Assembly (NCBI GenBank): GCA_964566535.1
Contig: CAZMIO010000003.1
Span: 89,153-153,152 of the forward strand
DNA length: 64,000 nt
Direction: 5' to 3'
Source: an uncultured Methanosarcinales archaeon
Lineage (GTDB): Archaea > Nanobdellota > Nanobdellia > Woesearchaeales > CAZOXR01
Shown here: one piece after another, positions 52,503-62,043 of the stretch
Layout of the letters: every line of letters begins with the position of its first letter
How positions within the stretch are numbered: position 1 is the first letter of the stretch
Translations under genes and position numbers: made by a program
The notes under the pieces: generated by a model
The model's input: only the letters and a program-made list of their open reading frames with translations
The model's database searches: none
What the model was told of the DNA's origin: nothing

Positions 52503-52562
52503 TTACTTTTCCTCAAAATCTACTGATCTGTCATCAGCAGTAATTGATATCATTTTTTGCAT
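52503..52562 (-). CDS. 19-aa ORF MQKMISITADDRSVDFEEK with strong SD
   Basis: GGAGGTG 6 nt before ATG; stop 1 nt before the DUF2061 ATG. Confidence 0.5.
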   Translation of the reverse strand: MQKMISITADDRSVDFEEK

Positions 52563-52584
52563 TTTATGCACCTCCGAGTTAAAG

Positions 52585-52613
52585 GGAGCTAAAAGCTATA
52601 GCTCTTAGTCTCC
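52585..52613 (-). promoter_or_regulatory. RNA hairpin in the cysteine operon leader
   Basis: GGAG-a-CTAAGAGC-tata-GCTTTTAG-CTCC (12 bp); the CTCC arm is also complementary to the downstream GGAG SD. Confidence 0.6.
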
Positions 52614-52669
52614 AGAAGATCTAGTATATATCTATTATAGAATCGCTATTTTAAACAATGAATTGTGTA

Positions 52670-52738
52670 TTAACAACACATGCAACAACATCTACTTAAA
52701 GAAAAAATACTTGTTTCCTTCTTAATCTCTTCTCTCAT
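52670..52738 (-). CDS. Putative Cys-rich leader peptide (uORF) MREEIKKETSIFSLSRCCCMCC
   Basis: ATG...TGT TGT TGC ATG TGT TGT TAA; TTTATAAA box (52761-52768) 30 nt upstream; lies before DUF2061-cysK-cysE. Confidence 0.75.
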   Translation of the reverse strand: MREEIKKETSIFSLSRCCCMCC

Positions 52739-52803
52739 AAAAAACAGTATTATTTACAAGTTTATAAAGGTTTTGTTTTAGACTATTAATTAGAAATACG
52801 TTC

Positions 52804-53673
52804 TTATCCTAAATAGAATGTACTTCCCTTATAACCTTCCTGAAGGCCACTAACGGGAGTCATTCTAACAGCAACATTACCATCAGGCATAAGTGTTTGA
52901 AGTTTCCCAGTTAAATCTGCCTTATCAATAGGCCCTTTTAACGCAGACATATGTTGCAAAACTCCTAATCCAAAATTCCTTCCACCTTCTCTTAATTCTA
53001 AATACACTGGCATAAACATCAATTCAACTAGGTCAAGAGGACTTCCATCTTCCATCGCTAGATGTTCAACACCAATATCAGTTCCTTCAAAACGTGAAGC
53101 AAAATCACCTGCATCAAAGTCTACAGTATTTCTTTGAAAATCTCCAAAGTATGCCCTAAGTCCTCTTTCAAAATCAACATCTCCATCTAATTGATTTACT
53201 CTTAATCCATCACTATTAGAAAAACCAACCTTCCCTGTTACATAGCCAGCTCCATCATTAGTCCCAAACAATGCTTTTAATCCATATTTAATCTCAGTTG
53301 CTACACGAACCCCTCCCCTATCAACATGTTTACGGGGCGCATCTGGACTAATTGATAGCATATAGAGATCTCCTTCCATTCTACGTCCTAAAAGCGCGTG
53401 AGCCCCAACTAAATAACTATCTAATGATGTTCGATCTTCTGGAAAATGAATCTCTGCTGTTGCTGTATGTGATTTAACATAAGGAACCCTCTTAAAAGCG
53501 CGTGAGCCCCAACCTCCAGTTGTATCTCTTTCCCCAATTACCACAGAATTACCAATAGAAGCCAATACATGAGGTTGACCTTGAGCTAAAACCCTTAAAT
53601 CTTGTTTTAAACCAAGAGCACCATAAACATCTTCTGGTGTAACTCCTCTTAAAGAACCCTCATCTGGTGCCAT
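52804..53673 (-). CDS. Hypothetical protein
   Basis: 289-aa ORF with upstream TATA; no recognised motif. Confidence 0.65.
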   Translation of the reverse strand: MAPDEGSLRGVTPEDVYGALGLKQDLRVLAQGQPHVLASIGNSVVIGERDTTGGWGSRAFKRVPYVKSHTATAEIHFPEDRTSLDSYLVGAHALLGRRMEGDLYMLSISPDAPRKHVDRGGVRVATEIKYGLKALFGTNDGAGYVTGKVGFSNSDGLRVNQLDGDVDFERGLRAYFGDFQRNTVDFDAGDFASRFEGTDIGVEHLAMEDGSPLDLVELMFMPVYLELREGGRNFGLGVLQHMSALKGPIDKADLTGKLQTLMPDGNVAVRMTPVSGLQEGYKGSTFYLG

Positions 53674-53776
53674 ATCACTAACCTAAATAAGAACTCATAT
53701 AAAAATAATTTCTTTATGAAAATAACCTCATAGTAATCATACAATCAATAAATTTATACAAATTATCAGCCATAAC

Positions 53777-54187
53777 ATGAAACCTATGTACGCGTTAATG
53801 GGTGTAGCTGCTCTATACGCTGCTGCTACAATAGGATGTTCTCAAGGTCCTGAATATAGTAATATAAAAGCTCTAGGTCCTACACTCCCCAGAGGTGCTA
53901 TTAATGCAATAGTAGATGCTAGAGAAACAGTAAAAGGAAGAGATGGAGTAGTAGAAGATCGAGAAACTACAGTGGATGATTTTGGTGGAGTAAGAGACCA
54001 ATATCCTAACATTGGTAACAGAGCTACAGCACTTCTAGCAGCTTCTAATACATCGGCAAAAGATGTAATGGGAATTTATGATTGGGTAAGAGAACAAAAT
54101 CCTGACTATACCCATGAACAAGCAGCAGCTGGTCCTCCACTTGCAGAAGTTAGGATCCGTGCAGAAAGCGTAGTCGATACTTTATAA
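53777..54187 (+). CDS. Hypothetical secreted/lipoprotein-like protein
   Basis: N-terminal hydrophobic stretch ending in IGC (lipobox-like). Confidence 0.6.
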   Translation: MKPMYALMGVAALYAAATIGCSQGPEYSNIKALGPTLPRGAINAIVDARETVKGRDGVVEDRETTVDDFGGVRDQYPNIGNRATALLAASNTSAKDVMGIYDWVREQNPDYTHEQAAAGPPLAEVRIRAESVVDTL

Positions 54188-54258
54188 TATTTGTAAATAT
54201 AACTTCAATTCTAGCCTTAACTGGATATGTGATACTATCTAAAGAAAACAGAATTTTT

Positions 54259-55464
54259 TTAATACTTAGAATTTCGTTGAATCATTCTTAATCTCCAACC
54301 AGGATCTTCTAGAGCCCGAGCATATACCTTTTCAAGATCTTCCATTATCCCATTTGGAGTATCCGGATCAACACCAAACCTATCAATCACTCTCCTTCTC
54401 TCATCTGGATGGAAAAGAAAAACTTGTCTATCAACTAAATCCACAAGCCAATCGTAAAAAAATGTTGGCTCTCCTAAGATCCTATCAATCCCTCTCAGTA
54501 TAACTGCACCTTTCTTTGCTAATCCATTTGGTGTATTAATTGGTTTTCCACCTAATCCAGCAATATTCCTCATCATAATAGTTAATTCTCTCTGACTTGG
54601 TGCATCACTTTGAGCAACAACATATGTATCTTGATATTGTTCTTCACTTCCAATTGCGCTAAGAATAACATCCGATACTTTATCAACATGGATATAAGGA
54701 CTTCTACCACTACCTTCTCCTGGAATAAAAGCTCTCATTGCATGTTGTTTAATTTTTACTAGCCCACCCTTTACTGAAGAACTATCTGTTAGAGGTATAA
54801 AACCATACAATAACATATCTAAAATTGGTGATTCTGAATCTGGTGTTGAATAAACTATTAGTAACCTTAAAATTAAGTGATTATCAGGTAATCCAATTCT
54901 AATTCTTTCTTCTGCCCTAAGCTTAGACTTACTGTAAGGCATAATTGGCCCTTCATCTATCCCTAAATCTACAGAACGACCATACCTAAGATAATGCTCT
55001 TCTGTTAATCCATCCCTAGTAAAGGCAGAGTAATCTTCATCTCTAACATCTGTTACTGACATTGGTTCATATACAGTAGTCCCACTAGTTTGTATAAAAA
55101 GGGGTTTATCACCCTCACATACTCTTTCTAAGCTTGTAGCAAATTTATCAATTGGACCAACATTTACTGATTGATATTCATCAAAATACTTATCTTTAAA
55201 TGAAATAAATGTAGCAGCACTTACTATTGCACGAATATCATGATTCCCAAAAAGTCTTTCTAAAAAAGCATCATAATCTTCTTGAGGATTTCTTAAATCA
55301 AATATTTCCTCTTTATACAAGGGGTTGGCAATATCTTGAGGATTTCTAGTTACCCCAACTACTTCATAACCTTCATTTAATAGCCTTTGAACTAAGTTTG
55401 ACCCAACAAACCCAGAACAGCCTGTAAGTACAACAGTTCCTTTATTTTCTTCTAATCTATTCAT
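54259..55464 (-). CDS. NAD-dependent epimerase/dehydratase (extended SDR)
   Basis: TGCSGFVG, YSKSK and YIHVD motifs. Confidence 0.82.
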   Translation of the reverse strand: MNRLEENKGTVVLTGCSGFVGSNLVQRLLNEGYEVVGVTRNPQDIANPLYKEEIFDLRNPQEDYDAFLERLFGNHDIRAIVSAATFISFKDKYFDEYQSVNVGPIDKFATSLERVCEGDKPLFIQTSGTTVYEPMSVTDVRDEDYSAFTRDGLTEEHYLRYGRSVDLGIDEGPIMPYSKSKLRAEERIRIGLPDNHLILRLLIVYSTPDSESPILDMLLYGFIPLTDSSSVKGGLVKIKQHAMRAFIPGEGSGRSPYIHVDKVSDVILSAIGSEEQYQDTYVVAQSDAPSQRELTIMMRNIAGLGGKPINTPNGLAKKGAVILRGIDRILGEPTFFYDWLVDLVDRQVFLFHPDERRRVIDRFGVDPDTPNGIMEDLEKVYARALEDPGWRLRMIQRNSKY

Positions 55465-55588
55465 TTTAAATTAACACTTAAGTTAAAGCAGTGGTTAAAA
55501 TGAATGGTATTAAAAATCTTCCTATATTTATCACTATTAAGAAGTCATTTTCATAATATTTTTAAAGCCTTTACCGTTATCCAGCCCC

Positions 55589-56986
55589 ATGGAGCTTAAA
55601 TCTGGAGATAATGTTGTAATAGCTGGTGGTGGACCTGCTGGTAGTTTAGCAGCTATCATTCTCATGGATCATGCTAGTACAATGGACCTTCCCCTAGAAG
55701 TAACAGTCCTCGAAAAAAAAGATTTTGATAAACAAGGTCATGGAGGATGCAATTCTTGTGCTGGAGTAGTTTCTACCCAATTAGTTGATGATTTATCCAA
55801 AATGGGGATCCACATCCCTGAACATGTAATTCAAAGATATATTGACGGTTACACTGTCGAAACACCTAGGGAATCTTTATCTATGACAGATGCTAATGAG
55901 CATATTGTTACAGTATTTAGAGGAAATGGACCTGGACGTGCAAGTTATGACGAATCTGTAAGTTTTGATGGATTTTCAAAAAGTGAAGCAGAAAAAAGAG
56001 GAGCTCAGTTCGTAAATACAACTGTAACCTCAATAACACCTCCCAAATCTTTAGAAGAAAGAGTAGCAATTACTACAAAGGTTTCAGCAAAAGAAGGTGA
56101 AGTTGTTTATGAAGCTGACCTTCTTATTGGAGCTCTTGGAATGCCTGGAGTAAAAATCTTTGAAGATGCAGGTTTTGGTTACAAGAAAGCAAGAACTGTT
56201 AGACTTGCTCAAACTGAAATTGCAATGGATCCAGAAACAATAGGGGATATATTTGGGAAACACGTTCATGTTTACTACCTTGATATTCCTGGAATCTGGC
56301 ATGCTGCAATTACTCCAAAAAGAGAATACATAACTGTCTCAATTTTAAGTTCAGGCAATTCATCCAGAGAAACCTCTCGCTCCTTAAGACAAAAATTAGA
56401 TCAATTTCTTAATCATGATGCAATAACAAGGAAAGTCACAGATAGACTACCAGACGATCAAGCAATTGCCGATGCTTTAGAACGGGGGATGGTACTAGAA
56501 CCAAGTTGTTTTTGTGCTCCAGAAATGCCCTACAAAGATTCAGTTAATCCTTATGGGGATAGAATTGCCATTATAGGGGATGCAGCATATTCAAGATTAT
56601 TCAAAAACGGCGTTGAGTCCGCTTTTACAACAGCTGAAATGGCAGTAAAAGCAGCACTAGATCATGGAGTATCAAGAGAAGAATTAAAAGCGCATTATCA
56701 TGAACCAGCAGCTAGGAGATTTAATGATGATAACCGATATGGTAGGGCCCTTTTTAGAATTGGGGGTTACTCATCAAGAGTTAGAGGGATGGTTGATTCC
56801 CACCTTAGGGTTGCTCAAACTGACTCAGATAATGGAAGAAGATTAAAAGACATGTACTGGTCAATGTCTACTGCTGGTAAGCCCTATAGAGATATTTTTG
56901 CAGATGTATTACACCCGGGTCTTTTAATGGAAATAGGCATTGCCTCAGTAAGAGGTGTAGTACCAGCTTATGTTAGAAGAAGATAA
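55589..56986 (+). CDS. FAD-dependent oxidoreductase (geranylgeranyl-reductase/dehydrogenase-like)
   Basis: GGGPAGS, GCNSCAG and IGDAA motifs. Confidence 0.8.
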   Translation: MELKSGDNVVIAGGGPAGSLAAIILMDHASTMDLPLEVTVLEKKDFDKQGHGGCNSCAGVVSTQLVDDLSKMGIHIPEHVIQRYIDGYTVETPRESLSMTDANEHIVTVFRGNGPGRASYDESVSFDGFSKSEAEKRGAQFVNTTVTSITPPKSLEERVAITTKVSAKEGEVVYEADLLIGALGMPGVKIFEDAGFGYKKARTVRLAQTEIAMDPETIGDIFGKHVHVYYLDIPGIWHAAITPKREYITVSILSSGNSSRETSRSLRQKLDQFLNHDAITRKVTDRLPDDQAIADALERGMVLEPSCFCAPEMPYKDSVNPYGDRIAIIGDAAYSRLFKNGVESAFTTAEMAVKAALDHGVSREELKAHYHEPAARRFNDDNRYGRALFRIGGYSSRVRGMVDSHLRVAQTDSDNGRRLKDMYWSMSTAGKPYRDIFADVLHPGLLMEIGIASVRGVVPAYVRRR

Positions 56987-57072
56987 ATAATCTATTCCTA
57001 AAACCAAACATACACTCCAAACTATATGTTAAATCAATACCTTTTTATACCACCACATTAACCAAAACTTCA

Positions 57073-57618
57073 ATGGAAAACAAAAAAAATTACATCAAAG
57101 GAATGGTTTTTGCAGCGTTATTCGCAGCATTAACAGCAGCAGTTTCTCCAATCAAAATTCCGTTAGGATTCACACCAGTCCCAATCACATTACAAACATT
57201 GATGGTACTTTTAGCAGGAGCGCTACTAGGAGCTAACCTAGGAGCTTTATCTCAATTTCTATATGTATTAGTTGGAGCATTAGGATTACCAGTATTTGCA
57301 GGTGGCGGCTCAGGTTTTGGAGCTTTATTCGGACCAACCGGCGGTTATCTTTTCGGTTTCATTGCAGCAGCTTATGCAGTAGGAAAACTAGTTGAAAAAA
57401 CAAAAAAACCTTCTCTAGTACAAATAATCATAGCAATGGTTGTTGGATCATTAGTAATATATGTGTTCGGGGTAACTGGAGCAATAGTCGTAACAGGAAG
57501 ACCTTTAACTGAAATTCTAATTGGATGGGTTCTACCCTTCCTTATTGGAGATACAGTAAAACTAATTGCAGCAGCACTAATAGCAAGAAAAGTAGATATG
57601 AGTAGATATCTCCAATAA
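57073..57618 (+). CDS. bioY: Biotin ECF transporter S component BioY
   Basis: AALFAAL, PVPITLQT, GLPVFAGG, GPTGGYL, PFLIGD. Confidence 0.93.
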   Translation: MENKKNYIKGMVFAALFAALTAAVSPIKIPLGFTPVPITLQTLMVLLAGALLGANLGALSQFLYVLVGALGLPVFAGGGSGFGALFGPTGGYLFGFIAAAYAVGKLVEKTKKPSLVQIIIAMVVGSLVIYVFGVTGAIVVTGRPLTEILIGWVLPFLIGDTVKLIAAALIARKVDMSRYLQ

Positions 57619-57631
57619 TTCTACTAATAGA

Positions 57632-58330
57632 ATGATACAAATATCCAATATCAGCTATAAGTATGAAGACGCATTAATTCTAAAAGATATTAACCTAAAT
57701 ATAAAAGAAAAAGATTTCTTAGCAATCATAGGCCACAACGGCTCAGGTAAAACAACCCTAATAAAACACATCAACGGACTATTAACACCATTAAAAGGAA
57801 CCGTAACAGTAGATAACCTAAACACAAAAAACAACGATTGGGAAATCAAACAAAAAGTGGGAATAGTCTTCCAAAACCCAGAAGACCAACTAATTAGTTC
57901 TATTGTTGAAGAAGACATTGCATTTGGACTAGAAAATCTAAACATACCTTCAAATGAAATTCAAGATAAAGTAAAAAACATCCTAAAAAAGCTAAACATA
58001 GAACACTTAGCCAAAAAAAACGTAAATAATCTTTCTTTTGGTCAAAAACAACTCGTAGCACTAGCAGGAGTCTTAGTGATGAGGCCAAAATACATAATCT
58101 TTGACGAACCAACAACCGTTCTTGACCCCAAAAACAAATCAAACATCTTAAAAACAATGGACGAGTTAAACAAAGAAGGAATTACAATCATCTTAATCAC
58201 AAACAACTTAGCTGACATTGAAAAATACGTAAAAGATATCGTTCTACTTAAAAAAGGAGAAATAATCTTCAACAACAAAAAAGAAAAGCTTACCAAGGAT
58301 ATACTAAAAGAGGCTGATATGCATGAATAG
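57632..58330 (+). CDS. ecfA: ECF transporter ATPase
   Basis: GHNGSGKT, FQNPEDQ, LSFGQKQ, FDEPT. Confidence 0.9.
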   Translation: MIQISNISYKYEDALILKDINLNIKEKDFLAIIGHNGSGKTTLIKHINGLLTPLKGTVTVDNLNTKNNDWEIKQKVGIVFQNPEDQLISSIVEEDIAFGLENLNIPSNEIQDKVKNILKKLNIEHLAKKNVNNLSFGQKQLVALAGVLVMRPKYIIFDEPTTVLDPKNKSNILKTMDELNKEGITIILITNNLADIEKYVKDIVLLKKGEIIFNNKKEKLTKDILKEADMHE

Positions 58331-59042
58331 TCTATTCGGCCAATACCAATACAAAAACACATTCATACATAGATTAGACCCAAGAATAAAAATAATTCTC
58401 GTCTTATTCACAAGTATGTTACTATTCTCATTAAAAACTTACACATCTTTCATTATAATCACTGTTTTAATCTCAACATTGTTAATCATCTCAAAAATAA
58501 ACATAACTACATTACTAAAAAACCTAAGACCGTTCTTATTCTTCTTCACTTTTATTTTCCTAATGTATTTTTTCTTCTCAAGAGAAGAATTAGCTAAAGG
58601 AATATTGACAATCTGGAGATTTGTACTACTTATCCTAACCTCATCAATACTAACATTCACAACCTCCATAAGCAATATGGTCTACGCAATTGAAAAACTA
58701 GGAAGGCCATTAAAAATAATAAAAGTCAGTCCAAGAAACATAGCAGTGATGTTATCAATAACAATAAGATTCATACCATTACTATTCACAGAAGCAAATA
58801 TAGTCAGAGACGCACAAAAATCAAGAGGGGCAGATCTTAAAAAACCAAAACACATCATAGGCTTCGTAAATGCTTTACTAAGAAAAACATTTAATAAAGC
58901 CTCTACTTTAGCAGATTCAATGGAATCAAGATGTTATAGGGATTATAGTTACTCTCATTTTAAAGAATTAAAACTAACAACAAAAGATATCGTATCTTTT
59001 GCCATCATCATAACTTTATTCGGTGCTTTAATATGGGTATAG
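58323..59042 (+). CDS. ecfT: ECF transporter T component
   Basis: HRLDPRIK, RFIP, AQKSRG, MESRCY. Confidence 0.9.
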   Translation: MNSLFGQYQYKNTFIHRLDPRIKIILVLFTSMLLFSLKTYTSFIIITVLISTLLIISKINITTLLKNLRPFLFFFTFIFLMYFFFSREELAKGILTIWRFVLLILTSSILTFTTSISNMVYAIEKLGRPLKIIKVSPRNIAVMLSITIRFIPLLFTEANIVRDAQKSRGADLKKPKHIIGFVNALLRKTFNKASTLADSMESRCYRDYSYSHFKELKLTTKDIVSFAIIITLFGALIWV

Positions 59043-59293
59043 ACGAAGACTTCGGAGAAGACATACTGGTTAAAGTAATCAGCGTTAAAGGAAAATGCGA
59101 ATATGGTCACCATAAAGGCCACAAATTCCCTCATCCCTTCCTTGGCTTATGCCCTTACGCACAACATACTTTATGGCCCTACATTACTGCAAAAAGATTT
59201 GGCGGAAAAATACCTTGGGAGAAAAACAATAAACTAAAAATCAGCTGCCCAAACCCAGATGACTTAGTAGTTTTCGAATTAAGCATAAAATGA
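59033..59293 (+). CDS. TIGR04076-like small Cys-containing protein
   Basis: KGKCEYGH..G, LCPYA, SCPNP.D.VVFEL. Confidence 0.75.
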   Translation: MGIDEDFGEDILVKVISVKGKCEYGHHKGHKFPHPFLGLCPYAQHTLWPYITAKRFGGKIPWEKNNKLKISCPNPDDLVVFELSIK

Positions 59294-59652
59294 ACCTAAG
59301 AGCACATCATCTTCTCTGTAAGAAATACTTTCAAGGCAAAGGTTATAGTGATGAATTCGTTAAAAACTACTACGAAGTTCTAAAACAACTAAACTCAAAC
59401 CCAACAATAAGAGTAACCAACTCACCAGACATCCTCTGCAGCAAATGTCCACATCTCAACAACAACAAATGCTCAAAAAAACCAGATTCCGAAATAAAAG
59501 TTAGCAAAAAAGACACCAAAATAATAAACATTCTTAAACTAAAACCAAACCAAGAAATAAAAGTAAACGAAGCAGACGAATTAGTTAACCTTAATCTAAA
59601 CGAATTAAAAGAACTCTGCAAAAACTGTGAATGGAAAGAGTATTGTAAATAA
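59290..59652 (+). CDS. DUF1284 family protein
   Basis: LRAHHLLC, GKGYSDEF, DILCSKCP, CKNCEW. Confidence 0.85.
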   Translation: MNLRAHHLLCKKYFQGKGYSDEFVKNYYEVLKQLNSNPTIRVTNSPDILCSKCPHLNNNKCSKKPDSEIKVSKKDTKIINILKLKPNQEIKVNEADELVNLNLNELKELCKNCEWKEYCK

Positions 59653-59693
59653 CTTTTTATTTAAGCTATGTTCTTATATTCTAAGCTAAAAAG

Positions 59694-60875
59694 ATGGGAA
59701 ACGCTATTTATCTATCAAATAGACATTTTGTACCTGACCACCCCATAGAACAATTAGCAGTTTTAGACAGCCTCAACCTCAGAAAACCAGGCCATGCTGA
59801 ATATTTCATTGAAACTCACTTCGGAGAAAAAGGTGTTTCAACAACTACAGAAAAGAGTACCAGAACAAGAGAAGAAATTGCTGCCATCTACTGCGGTGAC
59901 CCAGATATAAGAAATATTTACTGGCGCTATCTTAATCTAACATTAGCACGAGCCAAAGACGAAGTAGCAGAACAACTACAACCCCACCAAAGAAAATTAT
60001 ACTTTGATCGTGAACGAGACGCTGCAAGAGAAAGGGAATCGGAAGGTCCATCTGTACAAAGACTAAATGATTTAGTTGAAAATACACTTGGGGGATATCT
60101 ACCAAGAACTGAATTAGAAGAAAGGACTGAATCTAGAGAGTTTAGAGCATGGACATATGAAGCTGCCAGGCCCTACCTCCCAGGGGATTATTATGAATTT
60201 TGGGATGACAAACAGGGTTATAAGGATAAACTCAATGCCATTGACTTAAATGATCCAGATGAACTATATCTATTTGTCAGGAACCTGTTAGGCATAACAG
60301 TAACTAGAGCAGAAATAGATCACTTAATGACTGATGATACAAGAGATAAAATACTAGACTTAACTGCAGAATGTAGAACTGATTTCGTAGAATTTCAAAA
60401 ATACCAAACAGTCGATGATGATGGGTCCTTTATATCTCAAATGAGAAAATGGAATCCTTATGCATTTTGGGACGGGAATGTTTGGGATAGGTTAGATGGC
60501 AGACATATAGATTCAGAAGGGGATGTTCGAAAAGCATCAGCCATAATGAGAGGTTTATTTCGTTTTCATGGTTCCAACAGAAAATTGCTTTATAAAGATC
60601 CACGGAACGGAGATATGAGAGTTAGAGTAGAAAAATACCCTCAAATGAAAAATCTCAGAGAAGCTAACGAACTTTGTGATTACACTGATTACCAATTAGA
60701 GGTTATTTTAGAAGCCCCAATTAGAGGAATAGATAAACTATTCTTAATAGTTGATTTTGACAAGGAAATGGAGGAAAGAGATCAACAAGAGATACTAAAT
60801 AACCTCCATGCACTATATGCAAGAGACTTTGAATTAAGAAGGAGAAGTTTTAAGCAAAGAAGAAGACCATTGTAA
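59694..60875 (+). CDS. Hypothetical protein
   Basis: 393-aa ORF rich in R/D/E, no recognised motif. Confidence 0.65.
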   Translation: MGNAIYLSNRHFVPDHPIEQLAVLDSLNLRKPGHAEYFIETHFGEKGVSTTTEKSTRTREEIAAIYCGDPDIRNIYWRYLNLTLARAKDEVAEQLQPHQRKLYFDRERDAARERESEGPSVQRLNDLVENTLGGYLPRTELEERTESREFRAWTYEAARPYLPGDYYEFWDDKQGYKDKLNAIDLNDPDELYLFVRNLLGITVTRAEIDHLMTDDTRDKILDLTAECRTDFVEFQKYQTVDDDGSFISQMRKWNPYAFWDGNVWDRLDGRHIDSEGDVRKASAIMRGLFRFHGSNRKLLYKDPRNGDMRVRVEKYPQMKNLREANELCDYTDYQLEVILEAPIRGIDKLFLIVDFDKEMEERDQQEILNNLHALYARDFELRRRSFKQRRRPL

Positions 60876-61043
60876 CTAAAAAGTCAAAAACAAATCAAAT
60901 ACCGAACCACAATGCGTCTTCTCAACAACCCCTTGAGTTGCTTGATCAGGAAGATAATAACTACTACACCAAATCGGAAGAATCATCAGTATCAACAACA
61001 CAACCAAAATAATTATCACAATCAACCACTTCTTTGATATCAT
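60876..61043 (-). CDS. Small membrane-anchored protein
   Basis: MISKKW followed by a TM helix and two Cys; TATA upstream. Confidence 0.55.
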   Translation of the reverse strand: MISKKWLIVIIILVVLLILMILPIWCSSYYLPDQATQGVVEKTHCGSVFDLFLTF

Positions 61044-61240
61044 TATACTATACATCAACTATTTAGTTTATAATATTTTCCCTAAAAAAAGCACACTTCA
61101 CCTATAATTTAAAAAGTTAGACATATAAATAAACTCAAAGTATTCACTCTTTACAGTACATAACCCATTCCTATTTTAACAAACTTTAAATACCCACTTA
61201 AGTTAACAACCATAAACAATATTTATAGCGAGGTGCTAAA

Positions 61241-62020
61241 ATGGTAATATTTGATAAAGTTGAAGAAAAAGATGTAACAAGAGCAATTATTTCAGGTTTT
61301 GAAAAAGATCTTCTAGACCATGTTGAGAGCGACGTAATAATTGTAGGGGGAGGCCCTTCTGGTTTAACAGCAGCAAAAGTTTTAGCAGAAAAAGGCGTTA
61401 AAGTTCTAATTGTAGAAAGAAACAATTATCTAGGCGGCGGATTCTGGATTGGTGGATTCTTAATGAACAAAATTACTGTTAGGGCTCCAGGACAAAAAGT
61501 GCTTGATGAAATCGGAGTTCCATACAAAGAATATGTAAAAGGACTATATGTGGCAGACGGACCACATGCCTGCTCAAAATTAATAGCAGCAGCTTGCGAT
61601 GCAGGAGCAAAAATACTTAACATGACAAAGGTTGATGATGTAGTTATTAGGGAAAATTGTGTTGCAGGAGTTGTTATCAACTGGACTCCAATATCAGCAT
61701 TACCTAGGGAAATAACCTGTGTTGATCCTATCGCAATACAATCAAAAGTTGTAATTGACGGAACAGGTCATGATGCAGAAGTTCTAAAAGCATTAGAGTC
61801 AAGAGGAATCCTAAAAACAAAAGGCTTTGGTGCAATGTGGGTTGAAAAATCAGAAGATGCAGTAGTTGAGCATACTGGAGAAGCATACCCTGGACTAATT
61901 GCGATGGGAATGGCTGTATCAACCTTACACGGATTGCCAAGAATGGGTCCAACATTCGGATCAATGCTTCTATCTGGAAAGAAAGCAGCAGAAGAAGCAT
62001 TAAAAATGCTTGGAAAATAA
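61241..62020 (+). CDS. thi4: Thiazole synthase Thi4
   Basis: [38 protein letters not shown]. Confidence 0.92.
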   Translation: MVIFDKVEEKDVTRAIISGFEKDLLDHVESDVIIVGGGPSGLTAAKVLAEKGVKVLIVERNNYLGGGFWIGGFLMNKITVRAPGQKVLDEIGVPYKEYVKGLYVADGPHACSKLIAAACDAGAKILNMTKVDDVVIRENCVAGVVINWTPISALPREITCVDPIAIQSKVVIDGTGHDAEVLKALESRGILKTKGFGAMWVEKSEDAVVEHTGEAYPGLIAMGMAVSTLHGLPRMGPTFGSMLLSGKKAAEEALKMLGK

Positions 62021-62043
62021 TTTTTTATTTTTTTATCTAATTT

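Noticed and set aside
57025..57065. Possible BirA operator upstream of bioY (tgttaa...ttaac)
   Set aside because: Spacing and sequence do not fit the TGTAAAC-N14-16-GTTTACA pattern; likely chance in AT-rich DNA
61060..61240. TPP riboswitch or leader peptide before thi4
   Set aside because: No aptamer consensus or cognate-codon uORF; only a TATA box and a GAGGTG SD are visible
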